64,000 bases of DNA. Source: Phoronis australis. Taxonomy: Eukaryota; Animalia; Phoronida. Below, in pieces: positions 57,281 to 64,000 of the stretch (position 1 is the stretch's first letter; every line of letters begins with the position of its first letter). The DNA lies in the NCBI GenBank assembly GCA_002633005.1, contig NMRA01000028.1, positions 1,268,223 to 1,332,222 of the forward strand, given 5' to 3'. The notes beneath the pieces are model-generated. The model saw only the letters and a program-made list of their open reading frames with translations, was not told the origin of the DNA and did no database searches. Both the position numbers and the translations under genes were made by a program.

Positions 57281-57580
57281 CAGTGGCGGATTTAGGGGAG
57301 GGCCAAGGGGGCCATGTCCCCCCCTAAAATTCAACCAGATACCATTTGGCAGTTCGGGTGCAAATTGCTGACAAGGACATGCGCGCGACCAGGGGGGCTC
57401 GGGGGTGAATAAACAATGCATAGGCCCTGAACAAACCCCGTTTTTTAGTCGAAAGGTGCGCAAACCCAAACATTCGAGACCCCTGCATCCCTATATTTTA
57501 GGCTGGGCGCGCGCATCTGCCGAAATTCTGGTTATTCTTGTGCCCTGGCCCCCCAACCCAAATTCCTGGATCCGCTCCTG
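57281..57580. mobile_element. CAG-ended MITE (hAT-like, apparent 5-bp TSD)
   Basis: TIR CAGTGGCGGATTTAGG / CCTGGATCCGCTCCTG; flanks AGAAA / AGAGA; G-rich subterminal GGCCAAGGGGGCCATG shared with the 38597 copy. Confidence 0.7.
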
Positions 57581-57744
57581 AGAGACAAGCCAAAAGGATA
57601 CTGGAGCAGAGAATTATAGGCACTTGTCGTGAATTCGCACAAAAGTAGAATGGAAAATGTCAAAAATAGTTTCCATTTCGATTTCGAGTGCGAAGATTAG
57701 GCCCCGGACCCTGCTTAATTTATTGGTTACAAATTTAGCTCATT

Positions 57745-57960
57745 ATGTGGACTCAGTCAGCAAGACGTGCGTGTAACTTCTCATACAGTCCGACGACCTA
57801 CGGAAACGTTAAAACACTACTTCTCGAACGTTCTCGTTTCACGATGTGGAGATGATCTCTAGACTGGCGCCCGTGCTCGCGGCACATGATCACACTCGAT
57901 TACTTTTTGTGGATATACTTAAAGAAAAGAGTCTACGTAAAAACACAAAACAACCAGAGA
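57745..57960 (+). pseudogene. Frameshifted DDD transposase C-terminal fragment
   Basis: Reads QQD..TSHT..LKHYFSNVLVSRCGD..WRPCSRHMITLDYFLWIYLKKRVY across frame changes. This is a decayed form of the QQDGA.SHT...WPPRSPDLTPLDFFLWGYLK motif series. Confidence 0.75.
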
Positions 57961-58261
57961 ATTGCATTCATAGAGAAATCGCTGTCCTACCAGCAGTGTC
58001 ACGTGGCTGCAGCAGAACCTTTGGCAAGTCGTTTGAAGATTTTTTCAAACGCAGGGCGAGTAAAAACTCACACGGTTTGGATGTTGTCGGGAAAAAGGGT
58101 TTAAATACATCTTCGCTTTTTCGAGCTATTCGCATTTAAAGTGTGCCCCGTGATTTTGAGACAACCGGACTGCATGTTACATTTTCAAAGCGATAATTTT
58201 TGTTAGAGGCTTCTGGCTCTAAGGCTTATGGTTCCTGTAAACACACATTTGTTTTTTCCAG

Positions 58262-58308
58262 GTGTCGACGAGGTAGTTACTGTACTAACTCTTCAGGCGC
58301 AAGCGATG
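58262..58308 (+). CDS. FAM124A: FAM124-family gene, coding exon 2 (47 nt; CRRGSYCTNSSGASD)
   Basis: Strong acceptor TTTGTTTTTTCCAG and donor ATG|GTGAGT. Open frame, phase 2 in and phase 1 out, joining in frame to the 59763 exon. Confidence 0.7.
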
Positions 58309-58346
58309 GTGAGTTAAGTATTCACCGCGTCCAATCTGTGGTCTAA

Positions 58347-59109
58347 AGCCTGCTGTACACGAGGCAACACGTTCAGAATTAGGTTATCTAGGATCCTAGA
58401 AAAATATTCAAAATTTTGAAAGATCTTCAGTCAGAGGCTTATCGGATTTTCATGAAACTTTCAGGTAACATGCTTATGCACTATTCTCCAATTGGAATTG
58501 TTTTTATTATGAAGTCACATTGGCTTGAGGGACTATCAAAATAGGACTTTTTAGATTTTTAAGAAAATGTTCAAAAGTTGCATAAAACGAAAACTAAACG
58601 ATAATTCAGAAAATATTCTACGTTCCAGAGATTTCTTCATGAACCTTTATGGCAAACGATTTTTCGTCAATTAAAGTTATGCAGGACCTCATGGACAAGT
58701 CTGTGCATTTACTAGTAGCCAAATATGTACAGAAACGAAGGATTAACTGTGTAAAAAATAAATTTCCTGAAAACGAGAAGACTATGGAATTTTTGTAACC
58801 AACTTCATTAATTAGGTCACGTGACCGTACAACTTTTGTTAGGATTTTTTATGAAAATCATAAAAGTCCTATTTTGATTGCTCCTCATGCAAAAGGGGAA
58901 CATTTGAAAACAATTCATAGTTATACCGTTTTGAGTTAGAGTTCGTAAAGCATAGTATGTGAAACATTTATATAAATCCGATCAATCATTTTGAAAATAT
59001 GCCATTCGGAAGTTACCCAAATTTGGGCTCTTTTTATAGAGTACTACATATCCTTAAAATGCTCACTTTTTTGTTGCACACGTAAGTTCCGTCTCGTGTG
59101 CGGCATGCT
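58347..59109. mobile_element. Probable non-autonomous TIR element (PIF/Harbinger-like ends) in FAM124 intron 2
   Basis: Left AGCCTGCTGTACACGAGGC versus reverse complement of the right end AGCATGCCGCACACGAG(A/G)C. The right end recurs at 59614 because of the local duplication. Superfamily assignment is tentative. Confidence 0.45.
58526..58887. mobile_element. Nested TIR element of a dispersed repeat family
   Basis: ~33-bp inverted termini TGAGGGACTATCAAAATAGGACTTTT / AAAAGTCCTATTTTGATTGCTCCTCA. Related sequence occurs inverted at ~53360-53440 and direct at ~7210-7270. Confidence 0.55.
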
Positions 59110-59874
59110 ATAGACAATAGCCAGTCTTACCACTGAAGGCTTTAACACATCTGAATAAACAATTCCTTCAACTGTTCTAAATTCCTCACTTTACAGTTGC
59201 TTATGGGCCCAACATAGTTCATTTGTTTTAATTATAACATTCTGCTTTTCTTTGTAGCGAGCAGTGTCAGTGGATTTCCTCTCAACAGAACTCGTTCTGA
59301 CGCAGGAAGTGATACCGGTTCAGATGTTGATCACGTGACTCGTCACCGAACTATCAACGAAAGTGACAANGTCCTATTTTGATTGCTCCTCATGCAAAAG
59401 GGGAACATTTGAAAACAATTCATAGTTATACCGTTTTGAATTAGAGTTCGTAAAGCATAGTATGTGAAACATTTATATAAATCCGATCAATCATTTTGAA
59501 AATATGCCAGTCGGAAGTTACCCAAATTTGGACTCTTTTTATAGAGTACTACATATCCTTAAAATGCGCACTTTTTTGTTGCACATGTAAGTTCCGCCTC
59601 GTGTGCGGCATGCTATAGACACTAGCCAGTCTTACCACTGAAGGCTTTAACACATCTGAATAAACAATTCCTTCAACTGTTCTAAATTCCTCACTTTACA
59701 GTTGCTTATGGGCCCACCATAGTTCATTTGTTTTAATTATAACATTCTGCTTTTCTTTGTAGCGAGCAGTGTCAGTGGATTTCCTCTCAACAGAACTCGT
59801 TCTGACGCAGGAAGTGATACCGGTTCAGATGTTGATCACGTGACTCGTCACCGAACTATCAACGAAAGTGACAA
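58866..59874 (+). repeat. 504-bp tandem duplication split by a single N (58866-59369 / 59371-59874); likely haplotype/assembly artefact
   Basis: The copies differ at about 8 single-base positions, all intronic. The first copy ends abruptly mid-exon at the N. Confidence 0.85.
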
Positions 59875-60694
59875 CCGAATCTCGTTACTTGTGACTTGCA
59901 AACCGTACCAAAGACACTTGCTACTAGATCTGTACAAACCTATTATGAACTGGATAGACCCGGAAATGGGAATTTTAGACGTTGTCGAATCACCGTCAGC
60001 AGGAAGTGACGTCAGTTGGAATGAAGTCACTTGCTTATTTCAAGTGCCGAGTTTAGCATTGACTGCATTTCTCATGGAAGACGGCGACACGGGACAATCG
60101 GAACATATAGCAGAAGCAATAAAATATTTCCAAGAAAATCCATGGTGCCATCATCATTCTGAAAATATCAAATCAACGAAAAAACTGAGTGTGTATTGCA
60201 ATAATCACCAGGACTATTACATGACGTCATTCGACCACCCGCTGTGGGGCTATAGACAAGTGCACTGTGGGAAAGAGATATTCCGCTTCACAAGATTTGC
60301 TACCCACGACAACTGGTTAAAGATGAGAAATTTTTATGAAACAGCCTTTGGACAGTCACCGAACGTCGTCAAGTTGGACTTCTGTTTATTTACTGTACAC
60401 GACTTTACTGACTACGAAATCCAGTTTGCGTTGAAACGTCTGCCCAGAGATTTCGGCGCCCTTGTGTTAAATGACTGCGTCCTTCAAGTTAAAGTTTCGG
60501 ATATCAGTGCAATTACGTCCAAAACGTCAGCATCTATGATTCAAATATCAGGATGTTTGTGGCAGGCCTGGGATGTTGACGGTAATCGAGTGCAATTCAT
60601 CCAGTCGGATCTTCCTTCCTTCGCTGACGTCATTCCACAATACACGTCTTCTCCAATCAAATCTGTCACGCGAACAGACGCCTTTTACGTCTAA
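59763..60694 (+). CDS. FAM124A: FAM124-family protein, main/terminal coding exon (FAM124 domain)
   Basis: Acceptor TTCTGCTTTTCTTTGTAG. Translation contains motifs I recognise from FAM124A/B: WIDP, PSLALTAFL, PWCHHHSE, QDYY, PLWGYRQVHCGKEIFRFT, DFCLF, IQFALKRLP, WQAWDVDGNRV. A versus B paralogue cannot be resolved. Confidence 0.9.
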
Positions 60695-62228
60695 AGACGT
60701 GAATGAGGGCATAGGAGGAGTTAGCCCTGAAATGAAATACCCGGGTGTAGGCCCTATCAGTATATTTCGTAATGCTTAGTTTTTTGTTACTTATTTATTT
60801 CTTTATTTATGAGCTCTATAAGGCGCTTTGTATTCAAAGTTTTCATTTGTTCAAAAGCGTTGTCCCATGAATATTTTACGGTCTCCGTTCTTTCAACGGA
60901 ATCATCTCCCTGTCCATGCTACTTAATCGGGTCAGCCATTTTGTCTAAACGTCATGTTTTTTGCAATTTGACCATGCGGACATTCTGCTGAAAGCAACTT
61001 AGAAGTCAAGTACAATATCTAAGCGCTGTACGTTTTGCACTTTTTTGTAAACATTCTCCTTTTCTGGAAAAGTAAATTTCAAGAGCCGATTTCCATTCCT
61101 CGGTGGTTCATCAAGTGATCATAACTGTCGTGTCTTGGGAAAAGTGGGATCTTCGTTATTTATCGATTGCTGCAATCATTCCAACCAATTTAATACACGT
61201 TAGCAAAACAAACCTGCTTTCAGCAAGATCGATCAGTTGCTGTCACTGGCATGTGAACCATTTTGAAAAGGCAAGGTTCTTAAGTGCATTTTATTGCTGT
61301 TCAGGTGAAAGCTCACCTGGTTGGTTTTTTCTTTCACCGTTAGTGGTTACCATGCCAGTAATTGCGACTGAAGAATTTCCGTAATCGTAGTTTAATAGCG
61401 TGTAGCGCTTTTCCATCACCAGTGACCGAATTTCATGACTGAATGTTCTGATAATTCAAAAAGAACGCTTTCAAAATGAAAGGAATCTGAAAACTGATAA
61501 ACATCCCTTGCATGTTTCTCAGTTCTTTAAATTTTAACTAAAACTCTCTTTTCTTAATTTCTTTCACAGGAATCCTGCGTTTTGTTGATTGATTTGTAAT
61601 AAGTGGCTGACATTTACAAGTATACTGAATCACGTTTTAGCAGACATCAACTTTCACCACGACCCGGGTTTTGATCTCTCTAACTCAAAACTCGTCTCGA
61701 AAATTAAGCAGTTGCATGGCAAGCTTCGATTAATCTAAACTAACACATTTTTACTCTAAGAATGCGGCATGATTGGTAAAGGTTTGAGTCTGCGTTTGAT
61801 AAAATCCTTAAAAGATAGGAACAATTTTGAAAACTTACAAACCACAAGCGTTACTAACGCTTGAGGATAATTAACCGCTGACTGCTGTGGGGGAGAGAGC
61901 ACCTGCTTTAAGCCACCTGATGAGGAAATACTTTAGCTGATTTCTGCCTTTTATTTCTAGCGAAAAGTTCTAATTGTGGAATCATTTTCTGCGTGTTGTC
62001 AAGACAGGTGATTTAGACGCTCATATTATCCATAACAGAATGATTTTGTCAGTAGCTCTAAGCACGTCTTGGTGTAAGAGGAAAAGACCACTTATCTTTG
62101 ACACTGATAAAGTGTCTCTCGGATGTCTTGTTTGGAAAACAATAACAATCTCCTGGGATTCAAGGTCTATTTATGGCACAAAACTTTTCACCAGAATTCT
62201 CGAAATATTATCGATGGTACGTGTGGTT

Positions 62229-62323
62229 GCCCCAGTAGCACAATCGGTTAGCGCGCCGTACTTATAGTCAGTAATTCGGAGCCAGTAATGCGGAGGTTGT
62301 GAGTTCGAGCCTCACCTGGGGCA
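62229..62323 (+). tRNA. tRNA-Ile-TAT: tRNA-Ile (anticodon TAT) with a 21-nt intron (62267-62287)
   Basis: Acceptor stem GCCCCAG/CTGGGGC+A; A box TAGCACAATCGG; anticodon stem CCGTA/TGCGG with loop CT-TAT-A^A; intron at the canonical 37/38 position; T arm GTGAG-TTCGAGC-CTCAC. Matches the eukaryotic tRNA-Ile(UAU) architecture. Confidence 0.93.
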
Positions 62324-62330
62324 ACACTGA

Positions 62331-62337
62331 TTTTTTT
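62331..62337 (+). terminator. RNA Pol III terminator (T7) of the tRNA-Ile gene
   Basis: TTTTTTT starts 8 nt after the discriminator base. Confidence 0.8.
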
Positions 62338-62384
62338 CTGGCGCCGGGAAATTGAATTCATCAACCTCTGGCTCGCCTGTATTC

Positions 62385-62475
62385 GCTCACTGGTTCCCTG
62401 CGTGCTTAGCCCCGGCCAGCCAGCACGCTTGCGCGGCTACCGCCCGACCCACCGGCACGCAGGGAACCAGCGAGC
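62385..62475. mobile_element. 91-bp miniature TIR element with 7-bp TSD
   Basis: 21-bp TIR GCTCACTGGTTCCCTGCGTGC / GCACGCAGGGAACCAGCGAGC (1 mismatch), flanked by direct repeat TGTATTC (62378-62384, 62476-62482). GC-rich core. Confidence 0.75.
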
Positions 62476-63695
62476 TGTATTCGTAGCCAGGATTCAAATA
62501 GATCCCTTATGTACCGCGCATCATTGTGCAGGACGAGCACTGCGCACCACTAAAGAGTCATCGCTGTGACATTGACGTACACAATTTTTCGTTCCACCGT
62601 CTTACATCACACACATCCTCACTCACATCTGCCGCTTCAGACTGAAGTAAGTGTGCCAAATGCACGAGAGAGGTGTATAAAAATTACTGAAATGTATTCC
62701 ACTGTGAATGAAATACAAGTTAGTCGTTCTTTAAAACGGTTAACATAAAAACTTTAGGCTTATCATTACTTATGCAGTTATGGAACTGGTCTGAAGTTGT
62801 CCCTAATTCAAATTGAAGGTCACGTGTTCAAAAGAATTGACAGGGTTGTGCGCCAGAAACTCGCAAGTGAGCTATTGGTGACTGGCATATGCGCGCACCT
62901 AGGCGGGCTCGGGGCGACTTCTCAATGCAGTGAACAGTCGTGAAAGTAAAGACGGCGGTGCTTACTCGAGAACACTTTTAATACTGACAACAGCGCTAGG
63001 CACGGAAATCCATGAACCAGTTGTTAGACGGTATATAGAATGATCAACTTTGAAGTTGGGGTTTTTATTGTGCATGATTATCGAACTGACACTCAGCAAC
63101 GAGGCCGCGCCACCTCTGTGGTTGTGACTACTCTCCACTCAACAGCATTTTTAGAGAATGGTGTAGGCCTACTTCAGTTTAGCATTTCGCTAAAACCTAC
63201 GATACTCAGTGTATCATGTGCTGATCCTAATTTCCAAGAAGTTTGAGAAAATGAGCATAATTCAGTGGAACCCATTAGAAAATTACTGTCAGTTTATCAT
63301 ACGGACTTCTATCCCACCAGTGCAACAAAATGCCTGGTTCGAACAAAGGAAAAACACTAAATGATCCAAAGTGACTGGTTCACAATGGTTTAATATTTCA
63401 GAAAAAAACGTCTTTAATTTGAAATGTTCGTTCCATTTTGCGGCTTTAAGAGAATGTTCATCGTGAAGTTGATTTACGAATTATGAATAATTTCCACTGA
63501 AGATATGCATGGCAAACTTTTATTTTCATTTGCCCAATTTCTTGGAAGATATGGGCTTAACAGACGACACATTCGTCCTTTAGTAGTTTCAGTAGCCACA
63601 CGACTGAACATAGGCTACATCCCAAGTCTTTGTCTTACTGTCACACGAAGTTCAAGAAAGGTTGTGGCATTTTTGTCAGGACGCGAATCGATATG

Positions 63696-63785
63696 TCGCA
63701 GACCAAGTAGACCACCCGACCAAGTGAACTTGGTCGGCTTACACGGTCGGACCTCGCAGACCAAGTAGATACCTCCGACCAAGTG
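63696..63785. repeat. Direct repeat pair with internal palindrome
   Basis: TCGCAGACCAAGTAGA...CCGACCAAGTG occurs twice. The junction CCGACCAAGT-GA-ACTTGGTCGG is a perfect 10-bp hairpin. Probably a MITE interior. Confidence 0.6.
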
Positions 63786-64000
63786 GCAATGTACCGTTGA
63801 TATCCGAATGTTTACCATTGTGTTAATAATATGAACGGTTTTATCAAATACGGGCTTTCGAAATTAGATTTCATTTTCATGAGCATGTTATCATTAAGAC
63901 CTCGTGAAGCGCCAAAATAATTCTGGCTAACAAAAATCTTCATTTTAATGTTTTGAACAGGAAATAGAGTAAGCAACTGCTAGAGTCACGGGCAGGCGGG

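Larger units (their letters stand above)
56339..58168 (+). mobile_element. Fossil Tc1/mariner-superfamily transposon (DD41D/rosa-like, long TIRs) with nested insertions
   Basis: Left end TA|TAGGGTGTGTCAAAATTATGGACACACTTTAAATG aligns with the reverse complement of ~58044-58168 over ~120 bp. Degenerate transposase motifs lie at 57745-57950. Confidence 0.75.

Noticed and set aside
59258-59369. Duplicated/alternative FAM124 exon
   Set aside because: It is truncated exactly at the N with no donor; best explained as an assembly haplotype overlap.
61917-61935. CTGATGA..GAAA hammerhead-like core (also CTGATGAG at ~8631)
   Set aside because: No stem II or III and no UH cleavage site can be formed.

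Overview
Eukaryotic (metazoan, probably marine-invertebrate) genomic DNA: AT-rich, GT-AG introns, dense degenerate MITE/transposon remnants and two single-N assembly joins. Almost all ORFs in the supplied track are spurious. Supported content: (1) a 3-exon FAM124-family gene on + (52490-52548, 58262-58308, 59763-60694; about 345 aa); (2) a 3-exon gene for an unrecognised coiled-coil protein on + (42538-42893, 45978-46141, 47227-47714; 335 aa, all intron phases match); (3) an intron-containing tRNA-Ile(UAU) gene at 62229-62323, followed by a 91-bp TIR element with a 7-bp target-site duplication; (4) a fossil long-TIR Tc1/mariner (DD41D-like) element with nested insertions in FAM124 intron 1; (5) CAG-ended MITEs with apparent 5-bp TSDs, a probable LINE 3' tail, a HINE-like element, and micro/minisatellites. 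The first ~41 kb has no recognisable protein-coding gene but carries minus-strand exon-like segments and promoter/enhancer-like motifs. A 504-bp duplication around the N at 59370 is most likely a two-haplotype assembly artefact. I found no CRISPR array, prokaryotic operon or clearly novel multi-gene system. All calls were made by eye, without database searches.
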